Shown here: in pieces, positions 19,929 to 29,645 of the stretch
Layout: every line of letters begins with the position of its first letter
Position numbering within the stretch: the first letter of the stretch is position 1
Assembly: GCA_031362565.1 (NCBI GenBank)
Contig: JANLSU010000120.1
Coordinates: 1-64,000 of the forward strand
Direction: 5' to 3'
Source of the DNA: a bacterium
GTDB lineage: Bacteria; Krumholzibacteriota; Krumholzibacteriia; G020349025
Length of the DNA: 64,000 nt
Made by a program: the position numbers and the translations under genes
Notes under the pieces: model-generated
What the model was told of the DNA's origin: nothing
Seen by the model: the letters and a program-made list of their open reading frames with translations, nothing else
Database searches by the model: none

Positions 19929-20324
19929 GTGATCAAGTCGACAGATCTTCGAAGCGTCGCGCACCGCCACCTGGTGGATGCCCAGACTCTCCTCCAGGCC
20001 CAGCGCTACGACGCGGCATGCTATCTCTCCGGCTTTGCGATCGAGGTGGCTCTGAAGGCGCGGATTTGCCGAACGTTGAACTGGCCGGAGTTCCCGAAGA
20101 CAGCCAAGGAGTTCCGGGGACTGCACTCGCTCAAGACCCACGATCTCGCGATTCTCCTCCGGCTGTCGGGCGTGGAAGCTGATGTCGTCGCGCGCGAGTT
20201 GACGGCTTGGACTAAAGTGATACAATGGACGCCGGAGCAGCGGTATCAGACTCCCGGTGGGAGGACTGCGGGCCAAGCCCACGACTTCGTCGCTGCCGTA
20301 ACTGCCATCCTTGGAGTCCTATGA
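19929..20324 (+). CDS. HEPN domain protein
   Basis: DAQTLL...YLSGFAIEVALKA...THDL...W.PEQRY. Confidence 0.8.
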   Translation: MIKSTDLRSVAHRHLVDAQTLLQAQRYDAACYLSGFAIEVALKARICRTLNWPEFPKTAKEFRGLHSLKTHDLAILLRLSGVEADVVARELTAWTKVIQWTPEQRYQTPGGRTAGQAHDFVAAVTAILGVL

Positions 20325-20731
20325 TCTCGACGCGCGGCCTTCGCAAAGTAATGCGCGAGATCTCCGCGGCAAAAGGCGATTTCGTATTCTTCGCGATGTT
20401 GCAGAGGGCCAACGCCCTCGGCAACTGGGATCTCGTCGTTGCTGCGCCCTGGCTAAAGGACGACCGCCTTCGAACGCTAAACGCATTCCACAAACTAATT
20501 GTCGCGTCTGGCGGAGCGGGCGTGTTGCGCGGCTTCTGCTCGATCGTGATCCTGCAGCCTAGTGATCCGAGGCTCCGCGCTGTCGTGCGCACTTTCGGAG
20601 TCGACGACGGCGAAGTCCGCCTGGTGCGGACGTATATGTTCGACCAAGAGATCGACGAGGCGATCATCCTGCGCGCTCGGGAAGCCGCGAAGGCGCCGAA
20701 ACGCGAGCGCGCGGTGCGCCGCCGGGCGTAG
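20321..20731 (+). CDS. HEPN partner, possibly a degenerate nucleotidyltransferase-fold protein
   Basis: ATGA overlap with the HEPN gene; FFAML...WDLVVAAPWL motif; lacks canonical GSx10DxD. Confidence 0.6.
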   Translation: MISTRGLRKVMREISAAKGDFVFFAMLQRANALGNWDLVVAAPWLKDDRLRTLNAFHKLIVASGGAGVLRGFCSIVILQPSDPRLRAVVRTFGVDDGEVRLVRTYMFDQEIDEAIILRAREAAKAPKRERAVRRRA

Positions 20732-20776
20732 TCACCCACTCCGCCGAGCCGATCCGGGCGTTCGATCCGGCCCCTC

Positions 20777-20809
20777 TTGACATTCGACCGTACTCGAATA
20801 ATTATTCGA
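20777..20809 (+). promoter_or_regulatory. Promoter/palindrome ahead of the AAA ATPase gene
   Basis: TTGACA at 20777; perfect 16-bp palindrome TCGAATAATTATTCGA at 20794-20809, just before ATG 20812. Confidence 0.65.
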
Positions 20810-20811
20810 CT

Positions 20812-22053
20812 ATGAATTCGATCGATTTCCGACTCGACTTCCATCGCTGTCTGGAGCTGCTCTCGAAGCGGGTTGCGGAACCCGCTCCCGGACACATCCA
20901 GCTCCTGGCGGGTCCCCGGCAGGTGGGCAAGACTACGCTTCTGCTCACCCTCGCCGAGAGGCTGGGGCGCGAGGCGATGTACGTTGCTGCGGACGGACCC
21001 GAGGCTGCATCCCCCGGGTTCTGGGAAAGGCTCTGGATCCGGGCCGAAGAAACGGCTCAGGCCAAGGGCCGTGTGGTCGTTCTGTTGGACGAACTACACG
21101 TTGTCCACGACTGGGCCGCGCGCCTGAAGGGCGAATGGGACCGATTCCAGCGGCGCAAAACACCGATTCAGGTCGTCGCCACGGGTTCGTCCGCGCTCCG
21201 TCTTGCAACCGGCTCGCGCGAGAGCCTTGCCGGCCGGTTCGAGCGCCTCACCCTCACGCATTGGACCGCGGCGTCGCTCGCCGCAGCATTCGAGATCCCG
21301 CCGTCCGAGGCAGTTCAGCACTTGGTGCGAATGGGTTCATACCCGGGCGCCTTCCCGTTGCGGCACGAACTTCCGCGCTGGATAGCGTACGTGCGCGATT
21401 CGATTCTCGAACCCGCAATCGGACGCGACCTTCTCGCGCTGGGGGCAGTGCGAAAGCCGGCGCTCTTACGGCAAGTCTTCGGCGTTTGTGCCGCATCTCC
21501 GGCGGAGATCGTCTCCCTGCAGAAGATCCAAGGTCAACTCACCGATCCGGGCGCACTCGAAACGATCGCGCACTATCTCGACCTCCTCGAGGAAGCATTC
21601 CTGGTTGTCGCGCTCGAGAAGCACGCCTCCCGGGTGACACGTCGGCGCGCGGCGCCGCCAAAGCTTGTCACCTTGAGCAACGCGCTGCTCGCGGTTTCCG
21701 ATCCGCGCGGCGCACCAGAGCCCGCGACGGATCCAGCGCGCTTTGGTCGCTGGGTTGAAAACGCCTGCATCGCGCATGCGTGGAACAGCGGCCAACGCGT
21801 CGCCTACTGGCGCGAAGAGCCCCTCGAGGTCGACGCCGTACTCGACGGCACCTGGGGATCGTGGGCGATCGAAGTCAAAACCGGCCGCATCAGTTCCGCC
21901 GATCTCGCGGGGCTACACGAGTTCACACGCCGCTACCCGAAATATCGGCCACTCGTGCTTTGCGATCCCGAGCAAAGCCGGGTCGCCGAACGTGCGGGTC
22001 TGGCCGCCATGGATTGGGCCGACTTCTTGCGCACCGGGCCTCCGAACGAGTGA
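20812..22053 (+). CDS. AAA_14 ATPase with DUF4143 / PD-(D/E)XK-like C-terminus
   Basis: GPRQVGKTT Walker A, LLDE Walker B, ATGSS, ESLAGR, EVDAV...IEVK. Confidence 0.9.
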   Translation: MNSIDFRLDFHRCLELLSKRVAEPAPGHIQLLAGPRQVGKTTLLLTLAERLGREAMYVAADGPEAASPGFWERLWIRAEETAQAKGRVVVLLDELHVVHDWAARLKGEWDRFQRRKTPIQVVATGSSALRLATGSRESLAGRFERLTLTHWTAASLAAAFEIPPSEAVQHLVRMGSYPGAFPLRHELPRWIAYVRDSILEPAIGRDLLALGAVRKPALLRQVFGVCAASPAEIVSLQKIQGQLTDPGALETIAHYLDLLEEAFLVVALEKHASRVTRRRAAPPKLVTLSNALLAVSDPRGAPEPATDPARFGRWVENACIAHAWNSGQRVAYWREEPLEVDAVLDGTWGSWAIEVKTGRISSADLAGLHEFTRRYPKYRPLVLCDPEQSRVAERAGLAAMDWADFLRTGPPNE

Positions 22054-22067
22054 CGCCAAGCCGCTGA

Positions 22068-25000
22068 TCACCGCACGAGGATCATCTTTCGCGTCGCGCT
22101 CTTCGCGCCTGCCGTGAGCTTGCAGAGGTACGCACCCGAAGGCAGCGGCTCGCCGTGAGCATCGCGTGCCGTCCAAACCGCGTGATGCACGCCCGCCGGT
22201 AGTTCGGCATCGACGAGATTGGTGATCCACTTCCCACTCGGCGCGAACACGGCAATGCGCGCATGTCCCGCTGTTTCGAGCTCGAAACCGATTTCGGTCG
22301 TCGGATTGAACGGATTCGGACTGTTGGGTTCGAGAGTGAAGCGCGGCGCGTGGCTCTCGGTGTCCGTCGTCCCGTTGGACACGATCACGAAGTTCGAGAG
22401 CGGACTCTGATTCCCCGCGAAGTCCACCGCTGCGACCCAGTAGTAGTAGCGATGCCCGGTGGCGATGGTGGGATCCGCGAATGCCGTGTTCACCGAGTTT
22501 CCGACGTGGCTCTGCGGCCCGGGTTGAAAGTTCACCATGTCGGCGCGGTACACGGCGTAGTAGTTGCGATCGGTGTCGAGGACCGGTGCCCAGCCCAAGG
22601 TCACCTGTGACGGAATCAACTGCGCGACCACCAGGTTTTGTGGCACGGAAGGCGCCAAGTTGTCGACCGAGTAGCCGCTGTCGGGTGCGGAGTCAAAGAA
22701 GACCTGCGGGTTCGTGCTGATGGCCGAGGCAAAGAACACGGAGCGGCACATTCCCGCGCTCGTCGAGTCGCAAAGCGTCGGCGCGACCACACTGTAGGTC
22801 GGATCCGAGCGTGCCGGAACGGTGAGCACGAAATCCCACGACCCTGGCGGGGTCGCGATGCCCGGCGGCGGCTGGATCCGATCCGCGCTGCACGTGCCGG
22901 CCTTGTACGGCCCGACGCGCCGCCAGAGTGCGTAGCTCGCGATCACCGTCGAGGATTGCGGCGAGTCGTAGATCGACCGCTGCCACTTGACTCGCACGCG
23001 CCGCCCTTGGTCGTTGCCGACATCCTTCACACTCTGGATAATCGGCGCGCCCGAGAACACGGCTTCCGTCCCGAAGCCGGAGCCGGCAAAAGCTCCATCG
23101 ATTGCCTGCACCGAGAAATAGAGAGTAGCCGTGATCGGGAAACTCGACAGACTGAGCGACCAGCTCGTGTTACTGCCGGTGCTGCCGGTTTGAGCGATGC
23201 GCCGGTAGCCGTTGCTCGTGTTGGCCATCGGCGCCACGAGTTGCGAGCCGCCGGGTGAACTCCCAACGCGAAGGTTGTAGCTGAGCGCTGCCGCTGGCGT
23301 CTGGCCGTCAGTCGACGGCGACCAGGAGAGCGTCGCTTGTGTTCCGACGACTTGAACCTGGAGGTTCGTCGGCGCGCTGGGTGGTGTATTCGCCGGCGTC
23401 GCGAGGTTGTTTCGGTACAGGTGCGTGTACTGTTGATTGCCCACGCCGCTCGTGACCATGTCGAGATCGCCGTCATTGTCGTAGTCGCCCCACGCCACGC
23501 ATGTTTCGGAGGCGCCATCCAGTGAGGCGCCGATGTCCGAAAAGTTCCCGGCGGTGTTCTTGTAGACGCGAGTGATTGCGGCGAAGGACGGCGAGTAGCC
23601 GGAAATCAGCACGTCCAGGTCGCCATCGTTGTCGTAGTCGCCCCAAGCACAAGAGCTATTGTACACGGGCTCCAGATTGGCCCCGATATCCGTGAACGAC
23701 GAACCTGCGTTGTTGCGGTAAATCCGTGCATAGTGCCCCTGGCCGGTGAGTAGGATGTCGAGGTCACCATCGTTGTCGTAGTCGCCACACGACAGGCCGC
23801 CCCGGTAGGTAGGCACGAGATTGGCATTCATGTCCGCAAAATTGCTGTTGCCGTTGTTCTTGTACACGCGGGTTTGCGCCTGAGCGCCCGAGATCACAAG
23901 ATCAAGGTCGCGATCGTTGTCTAGATCGGCCCAAACGACCGCACTATAGTAGTTGCCCTGAAGCCCAGTTCCGCTCACCTCACTGAACAGCCCAGCAGTG
24001 TTCCGATAGATGCGTGCGATCCCGCTGCAACAGCTCGCGTATCCGGTCACGATCAGATCGAGATCACCATCGTTATCGCAATCACCCCAGGCCAACGCAC
24101 CCCACTGGACACCCTCGAGAACCGCCCCAATGTCCGTAAACGAATGGTCAGGGTTGTTCCGATAAATCCGTGTGATCAGCCCGCAGCAGTTCGACGAACC
24201 GCAGACCGCGATATCGAGGTCGCCATCGCTATCGTAGTCGCCCCATGCGACCGATCCGTACTGGACGCCTGGAAGCCCCGCGCCAACGTCGGCGAATGAG
24301 CCGGAGGTGTTCCGGTAGAGCCTCGTGATCGTGCCAAAGTTGTTCGACAGCCCGGCAATCAGCAGGTCCAGGTCGCCATCGTTGTCGTAGTCGCCCCAGG
24401 CTGCCGAACTCTGGTACACGCCTTCGATGACCGGCCCCTCGCCGAACGGTGTCGAGAACGTCTGTTCGTTGGCAAAACTCGACGCAGCAAGCCCCGCGTC
24501 AACAGCCTGCACCGTCCAGTAGTACGTTCCAAGCTGCGGCAGTTGGAGCGTCCAGGTGCGGCGCAGGTCGACGTTGCCTCGCTGAGTGATGAAGCGCGTA
24601 CCCGTGCCGGCGGCCGCCATGGCCGAAAACACCTGCGACCCGCCGGGCGTCGTTCCCACGCGCACGTTGTACTGGAGTGCATTGCTGTTCGTCTGTGCGT
24701 CCGTGGTCGCCAACCAATTGAGGGTCACACTCATACCGTTGGTTGTGGCGGTAAGACCACCCGGCGCGGCCGGCACGGTATTCGGACTTGAGGCGTTGTT
24801 CTTGTACAGCCGAACGCGGGAGGCGCTCGCGCCATCTTGGCCGGTCAGAATCAAGTCGGCGTCGAGGTCGCCATCAAAGTCGCCCCAAGCGAGGGTGCCC
24901 TTGTCGAATCCCTCCAGGCCGGCGATCGTGTCCGCGAACACCCCGGCACTGTTCTGATACACGCGCGTGATACGCCCGACGTTGGACATTCCCGTAACCG

Positions 25001-27353
25001 CAACATCCAAGTCGCCATCGTTGTCGGTGTCCGCGAATGCGGCCGCGCCCTGTTCGATGCCCTCGAATGTCGCACCGCTGTTGAAAAAGAACCCGCCGGC
25101 GTTCACATAGACCCTCGTCAGCCGTCCGCTGTCGCTGAGTCCCGCGATCAGCGCGTCCAAATCGCCATCCGAATCGTAGTCGCCCCAAGCCACTGAGCCC
25201 TGCTGCACGCCTTGAATCGATGCACTGATATCCGTGAAACTACTGCCGCCGTTGTTCCGATAGACCTGGCAGATACGCGAACAGCAGTTCGAAGCGCCAG
25301 TTGCAATCACGTCGAGATCGCCATCGTTGTCGTAGTCGCCCCACGCAACGGCTGCGTACTCCAAGCCGTTGAACCCTACGCCCATATCGTTGAAAGTGCC
25401 AGCGGTGTTCCGGTAAATCCGTGTAATCCGGCCGCAGCAATCCGAACTCCCGGCAAGGAGCAGATCGAGATCCCCGTCGTTGTCGTAATCGCCCCAAGCA
25501 ACCGCGCTGTTGTACACGGGTTCGAGGCTCGCTCCGATGTCCGTGAATCCACCACCCGTGTTCCGATAGATGCGCGACGTTCGCCCGCCGTTCGTGAACC
25601 CGGTTACCACCAGATCCAGGTCTCCGTCGTTGTCGAAGTCCCCCCAAGCCACCGCACCCTGGTCGACATTTTGGAAGGAATAGCCAGTGTCCGCGAACAC
25701 CCCGCTACTGTTCCGGTACAAACGTGTCAGCCGCCCGGTCGCCGACATCCCAGTCAACACCACGTCGAGATCGCCGTCGCCGTCAAAGTCGCCCCAAGCG
25801 ACGGCGCTGTTGTACACGCCGCTCACCGCCGAAGACCAGTCCGTGAATGCCGTTGCGAAAGTTCGCTCGCTCGCGAATACCGAGCCCGCGTGCGCCGCGT
25901 CGATTGTCTGAACACTCCAGAAGTAGCTGCCAAGTGTCGGCAACTGCAGCGTCCACGATGTGCGGCCCGTGACGTTTCCCTGATGCACGATGCGGCGGAA
26001 CCCCGTGGCAGGATCCGACTGCGGCGAGACCACCTGCGCACCGTTCGACGTCAGGCCGAGGCGAATGTTGTAGCTCAGGCCTGCCGCCGCCGTTTGTGCA
26101 TCGCTGGCTGGCGCCCACGAGAGGGTCACTGTGTTTCCGACCAAAGAGGCACTCAAACCGGAGGGCGCTCCGGGCGCTGTGTTTGCGATGCCCGAGCCGT
26201 TTCGATACAGCTTCGAGATGGGCGTTCCAATCGTGTTCTGGCCGGCGATCACCAAGTCCAGATCGCGATCGTTATCCACGTCGGCCCAGCGGCCGCCGCT
26301 ATTGCGAACCCCATCCAACCCGGCGGCGACTGTGGTGAACGTCGCGCCGTCATTCCGGACGACGAGCGCCAAACGTGTGGAGGTCTTGTCCGTACCTGTG
26401 AGCAACAGATCGGGGTCTCCGTCATTGTCGGAATCACCCCAGTCGATCGAGCCGTTCGTCAGACCCGTGAGCACGACGCCCGAATCTACGAAACCCGCGA
26501 ATCCATCGTTGCGGTAGATGGTGGTCACACTGCCGGATGCGGCCGCGCCGCAGTACGTAAGGTCGAGATCGCCATCTCTGTCATAGTCGCACCACGCCAC
26601 GGCGCCGCGCTCGATCCCCACTAGGCCCGCCGAAGCATCGGTGAAAACCCCACCGGTGTTGCGATAGATGCGCGCGATCGGCGTGCTCGTGACATCGAGT
26701 CCGACTAGAATCAGGTCGAGGTCACCGTCCGCGTCGTAGTCGCCCCATGCTGCTGAGGCGTTGTCCAGCGCTGGAAGCCCACCGCCGATGTCGACAAAGG
26801 CGCCCCCGTCGTTGCGGTAGAGCCGGGTGAGCGTCGAGCCGGCATCGTGCCGTCCGGTGAGAACGAGATCCAAGTCGCCGTCATTGTCGAAGTCGCCCCA
26901 TGCGACCGCACCATTCTTGATGCCTTGAAATCCAACCGCGACGGACGTGAAGGTCCCGCCGTCATTGCGATAGAGCCTCGAGATGGGCACATCGAAATCG
27001 TCCTCGCCCGTGATGATGACATCGAGATCGCCGTCGTTGTCGTAGTCACCCCAGGCCGCTGCACTAAACTCGACGCCGAGAAACCCGGCCCCGACGAGAG
27101 CAAAGTTGCCTGTCCCGTCGCTTCGATACAGATGCGTCGTTGGCGTCAACGTCGCGTCGCGCCCCACGACGAGCAAGTCCAAGTCACCGTCGTTGTCGAA
27201 ATCCGCCCAAGAGACGCTGCCGAGTTGGATCCCTTGCAGGGCGGCGCTCGGAACCTCGGTGAAGGTCTGCCCGCGAGCACGCGCCGGACTCAACGTAGCG
27301 GCGGCAATCAAGAGGGTGGAGACGAGCAAGGTGCGACGATTTGACATTGCCAT
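22068..27353 (-). CDS. Large secreted protein: FG-GAP propeller blocks, FN3 domains, FlgD-Ig C-terminus
   Basis: About 20 WGDYDNDGDLD repeats in three blocks, each followed by an FN3-like unit (P.AP..L...LSW...LSYN.R.G); PNSPNPFNP tail; GGAG RBS before ATG 27353. Confidence 0.92.
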   Translation of the reverse strand: MAMSNRRTLLVSTLLIAAATLSPARARGQTFTEVPSAALQGIQLGSVSWADFDNDGDLDLLVVGRDATLTPTTHLYRSDGTGNFALVGAGFLGVEFSAAAWGDYDNDGDLDVIITGEDDFDVPISRLYRNDGGTFTSVAVGFQGIKNGAVAWGDFDNDGDLDLVLTGRHDAGSTLTRLYRNDGGAFVDIGGGLPALDNASAAWGDYDADGDLDLILVGLDVTSTPIARIYRNTGGVFTDASAGLVGIERGAVAWCDYDRDGDLDLTYCGAAASGSVTTIYRNDGFAGFVDSGVVLTGLTNGSIDWGDSDNDGDPDLLLTGTDKTSTRLALVVRNDGATFTTVAAGLDGVRNSGGRWADVDNDRDLDLVIAGQNTIGTPISKLYRNGSGIANTAPGAPSGLSASLVGNTVTLSWAPASDAQTAAAGLSYNIRLGLTSNGAQVVSPQSDPATGFRRIVHQGNVTGRTSWTLQLPTLGSYFWSVQTIDAAHAGSVFASERTFATAFTDWSSAVSGVYNSAVAWGDFDGDGDLDVVLTGMSATGRLTRLYRNSSGVFADTGYSFQNVDQGAVAWGDFDNDGDLDLVVTGFTNGGRTSRIYRNTGGGFTDIGASLEPVYNSAVAWGDYDNDGDLDLLLAGSSDCCGRITRIYRNTAGTFNDMGVGFNGLEYAAVAWGDYDNDGDLDVIATGASNCCSRICQVYRNNGGSSFTDISASIQGVQQGSVAWGDYDSDGDLDALIAGLSDSGRLTRVYVNAGGFFFNSGATFEGIEQGAAAFADTDNDGDLDVAVTGMSNVGRITRVYQNSAGVFADTIAGLEGFDKGTLAWGDFDGDLDADLILTGQDGASASRVRLYKNNASSPNTVPAAPGGLTATTNGMSVTLNWLATTDAQTNSNALQYNVRVGTTPGGSQVFSAMAAAGTGTRFITQRGNVDLRRTWTLQLPQLGTYYWTVQAVDAGLAASSFANEQTFSTPFGEGPVIEGVYQSSAAWGDYDNDGDLDLLIAGLSNNFGTITRLYRNTSGSFADVGAGLPGVQYGSVAWGDYDSDGDLDIAVCGSSNCCGLITRIYRNNPDHSFTDIGAVLEGVQWGALAWGDCDNDGDLDLIVTGYASCCSGIARIYRNTAGLFSEVSGTGLQGNYYSAVVWADLDNDRDLDLVISGAQAQTRVYKNNGNSNFADMNANLVPTYRGGLSCGDYDNDGDLDILLTGQGHYARIYRNNAGSSFTDIGANLEPVYNSSCAWGDYDNDGDLDVLISGYSPSFAAITRVYKNTAGNFSDIGASLDGASETCVAWGDYDNDGDLDMVTSGVGNQQYTHLYRNNLATPANTPPSAPTNLQVQVVGTQATLSWSPSTDGQTPAAALSYNLRVGSSPGGSQLVAPMANTSNGYRRIAQTGSTGSNTSWSLSLSSFPITATLYFSVQAIDGAFAGSGFGTEAVFSGAPIIQSVKDVGNDQGRRVRVKWQRSIYDSPQSSTVIASYALWRRVGPYKAGTCSADRIQPPPGIATPPGSWDFVLTVPARSDPTYSVVAPTLCDSTSAGMCRSVFFASAISTNPQVFFDSAPDSGYSVDNLAPSVPQNLVVAQLIPSQVTLGWAPVLDTDRNYYAVYRADMVNFQPGPQSHVGNSVNTAFADPTIATGHRYYYWVAAVDFAGNQSPLSNFVIVSNGTTDTESHAPRFTLEPNSPNPFNPTTEIGFELETAGHARIAVFAPSGKWITNLVDAELPAGVHHAVWTARDAHGEPLPSGAYLCKLTAGAKSATRKMILVR

Positions 27354-27479
27354 GGCTATTGCTCCATCAGCGCTGGCGCCCATGCACATGCTTCACGCCA
27401 AAGGCGACTCGTCTCCGCGGTGCGGAGAGCCGATGACGTGTGCGGTACAGCAATTTCGGCGCGAAGGTAGCAGACGACC

Positions 27480-27600
27480 CCGGCGGGCGCCACAATTCTT
27501 GTTCGCCCGGCGGATTCGAGGCGAACGAGATAGACGCCGCGTACAACCCGATCGCCCTCCGAGTCGTGCCGGTCCCAATTGATGCTTTGGCACCCGGGAT
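27480..27600 (-). pseudogene. Orphan 3' remnant of a FlgD-Ig-tailed secreted protein gene
   Basis: Reads PGCQSINWDRHDSEGDRVVRGVYLVRLESAGRTRIV, the WDG.D..G..V..GVY.VRL tail seen in four intact genes here. Confidence 0.65.
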
Positions 27601-27665
27601 CACGCCTGGTCAGCGGGGCCGTCACGCCGCTCGACGCCGGCCCGGACACCGGCGCCGCCACCGAT

Positions 27666-27714
27666 TTGACGTCCTCGCCGCGAGTGTGTAGACTTGTGTG
27701 TGGAGGTCCACACA
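27666..27714 (+). promoter_or_regulatory. vapBC promoter and operator
   Basis: TTGACG-N17-TAGACT; inverted repeat TGTGTGGA-GG-TCCACACA covering the RBS. Confidence 0.75.
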
Positions 27715-27911
27715 TGGCGACCAATCTCTCCATCGATCCGAAGTTGCTCGACGAAGCTCTGCGCGTCGGCGGAGAAAAGACCAAGAAGGCCACCGTCACA
27801 AAGGCGCTCGAGGAGTTCATCGCTCGCCGGCGACAGAAGAAGATCCTCGAGCTCTTCGGCACGCTCGAGTGGAACCCCGATTTCGACTACAAGCGTGAAC
27901 GGAAGCGATGA
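27714..27911 (+). CDS. vapB: VapB antitoxin
   Basis: MATNLSIDPKLLDEALRVGGEKTKKATVTKALEEFI. Confidence 0.9.
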   Translation: MATNLSIDPKLLDEALRVGGEKTKKATVTKALEEFIARRRQKKILELFGTLEWNPDFDYKRERKR

Positions 27912-28312
27912 GCCTTTTCGTCGACACGAGCGTGTGGTCTCTCGCATTGCGCCGGGACGCGCCTGCAAACCAGCCGGAGGTGTCGGCGCTCGACGAGGCG
28001 TTACGCAGCGGACGGGCGGTCGTTTCGACAGGACTCGTGCTCCAAGAATTGCTTCAGGGCTTTGGAGGTCCGAAGTCCAAAGACGAAATCGTCCGTCGTT
28101 TCTCTATGCTGCCGATGATCATCCCCAACCCAACCGATCACGTCGAGGCCGCGGGGCTCCGAAACACCTGCCGCCGCCGCGGCGTGCAGATTGGCACCAT
28201 CGACGCATTGATCGCTCAACTCTGCGTCCATCGTGACTTGACACTCCTCACGACCGATCTCGACTTCACCGGCATCGCCGCGAACTCGGCCCTCAAGATT
28301 TGGCGGGGCTGA
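27908..28312 (+). CDS. vapC: PIN-domain toxin VapC
   Basis: FVDTSVWS, VLQELLQG, IDALIAQLC, LLTTDLDF. Confidence 0.92.
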   Translation: MSLFVDTSVWSLALRRDAPANQPEVSALDEALRSGRAVVSTGLVLQELLQGFGGPKSKDEIVRRFSMLPMIIPNPTDHVEAAGLRNTCRRRGVQIGTIDALIAQLCVHRDLTLLTTDLDFTGIAANSALKIWRG

Positions 28313-28322
28313 CCGCCGACCC

Positions 28323-28356
28323 TTGACACCTACCTACCTCGTATGCATACTGGGTA
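28323..28356 (+). promoter_or_regulatory. PadR promoter/operator
   Basis: TTGACA-N17-CATACT; palindrome TACC-tc-GTATGCATAC-tg-GGTA. Confidence 0.7.
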
Positions 28357-28374
28357 TTCACGAGGAGGTCCAGC

Positions 28375-28893
28375 GTGAGCATCCGCCATAGTCTTCTTGC
28401 GATCCTCGCCGAACACCCGGCCCACGGCTATGGGCTGAAGTCGAGCTTCGAGAAAAGCACCGCCGGCGCCTGGCCGCTGAACGTCGGGCAGGTCTACACG
28501 ACGTTGAGCCGGCTCGAACGCGACGGCTTGGTCAAGTCGGAAGGTCTCGACGACAACGGTGCCCGCCAAACCTGGCGCATTACGAAGGCCGGGCGCTCGA
28601 GCCTCGATGAGTGGTTCGAGACGCCGGTCGTGGACTCACCGCCGTCGCGCGACGAGCTGGCGCTCAAAGTGCTCCTCGCGGTGGCTGCGGATGACGTCGA
28701 TGTGAGCCGCATCCTGCGCGCGCAGCGCGTCGCGACGATGGAGCGCCTGCAGCAGTACACGCGGCACAAGCGCGCCGCCGATCCCAAACGCGAGCTGCCG
28801 TGGACGCTGCTCCTCGACGCGCTGATCTTGAAGGCGGAAGCCGAGGTGAAATGGCTGGACCTCTGCGAGGAACGCCTACGCCATCGAAAATGA
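28375..28893 (+). CDS. PadR family regulator
   Basis: HGYGLK...LNVGQVYTTLSRLERDGLV...ITKAGR; RDEL. Confidence 0.92.
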   Translation: MSIRHSLLAILAEHPAHGYGLKSSFEKSTAGAWPLNVGQVYTTLSRLERDGLVKSEGLDDNGARQTWRITKAGRSSLDEWFETPVVDSPPSRDELALKVLLAVAADDVDVSRILRAQRVATMERLQQYTRHKRAADPKRELPWTLLLDALILKAEAEVKWLDLCEERLRHRK

Positions 28894-29645
28894 TGGCCGC
28901 GATTCCGGGGTTGCCCAACAGCGCGCCGCCGATCCTCCGTTTCGAAGCCGCCGGCCGCACCCACGTGAACGGCGCCATCTCGGTGCGGGCCTTGGGCCCC
29001 GTGGATATCGACGTGAAGCGCGGCGAGTTCGTCGCGGTGATGGGTCCCTCCGGTTCCGGGAAGTCGACGCTGTTGTCGTTGGCGGGCGCCCTCGATGCGC
29101 CGAGCGAGGGCCGCGTCTACGTGCAAGGCCGCGACTTGGCGCGCTTACGCCCACGCGAGCTGGCGGAACTGCGGCGGCGGACAATCGGCTTCATTTTCCA
29201 GGACTTGAATCTGCTGCCTGGCCTGACCGCGCTCGAAAACGTCGCCTTGCCGCTCGAGCTCGATGGACAACGGCTGCCGCAAGCCCGCGCGGCAGCGTTG
29301 CAAGCCCTTGCGGGCGTCCAAATGCAGGCCTTTGCGGCCCGTTTTCCGGAAGATCTCTCCGGCGGCGAACAACAACGCGTCGCGATCGCGCGGGCGTTCG
29401 TCGGCGACCGCGCCTTGCTGCTCGCCGACGAACCCACCGGCGCACTGGACTCGGTCACGGGTGAACTCGTGATGCGCTTGTTGCGCGCCCAGTGCGACAC
29501 CGGACGAACTGTCGTTCTCGTCACCCACAACTCAGCCCACGCTGCCTGGGCCGACCGGGTTCTCTTCTTGAAGGACGGCGCGATAGCCGACGAGTCGCTC
29601 GCTACCCGCGGCTTCCGCCCGGAGACCTTGGGCAGCGAGCCGTGA
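28890..29645 (+). CDS. ABC transporter ATP-binding protein (LolD/MacB-like)
   Basis: GPSGSGKST, LSGGEQQRVAIAR, LLADEPTGALD, VTH. Confidence 0.95.
   Translation: MMAAIPGLPNSAPPILRFEAAGRTHVNGAISVRALGPVDIDVKRGEFVAVMGPSGSGKSTLLSLAGALDAPSEGRVYVQGRDLARLRPRELAELRRRTIGFIFQDLNLLPGLTALENVALPLELDGQRLPQARAAALQALAGVQMQAFAARFPEDLSGGEQQRVAIARAFVGDRALLLADEPTGALDSVTGELVMRLLRAQCDTGRTVVLVTHNSAHAAWADRVLFLKDGAIADESLATRGFRPETLGSEP

Noticed and set aside
22068..27353. CRISPR-like array from recurring gttgtcgtagtcgcccca
   Set aside because: Repeats are in-frame codons for WGDYDND FG-GAP motifs, degenerate and ~140 bp apart.
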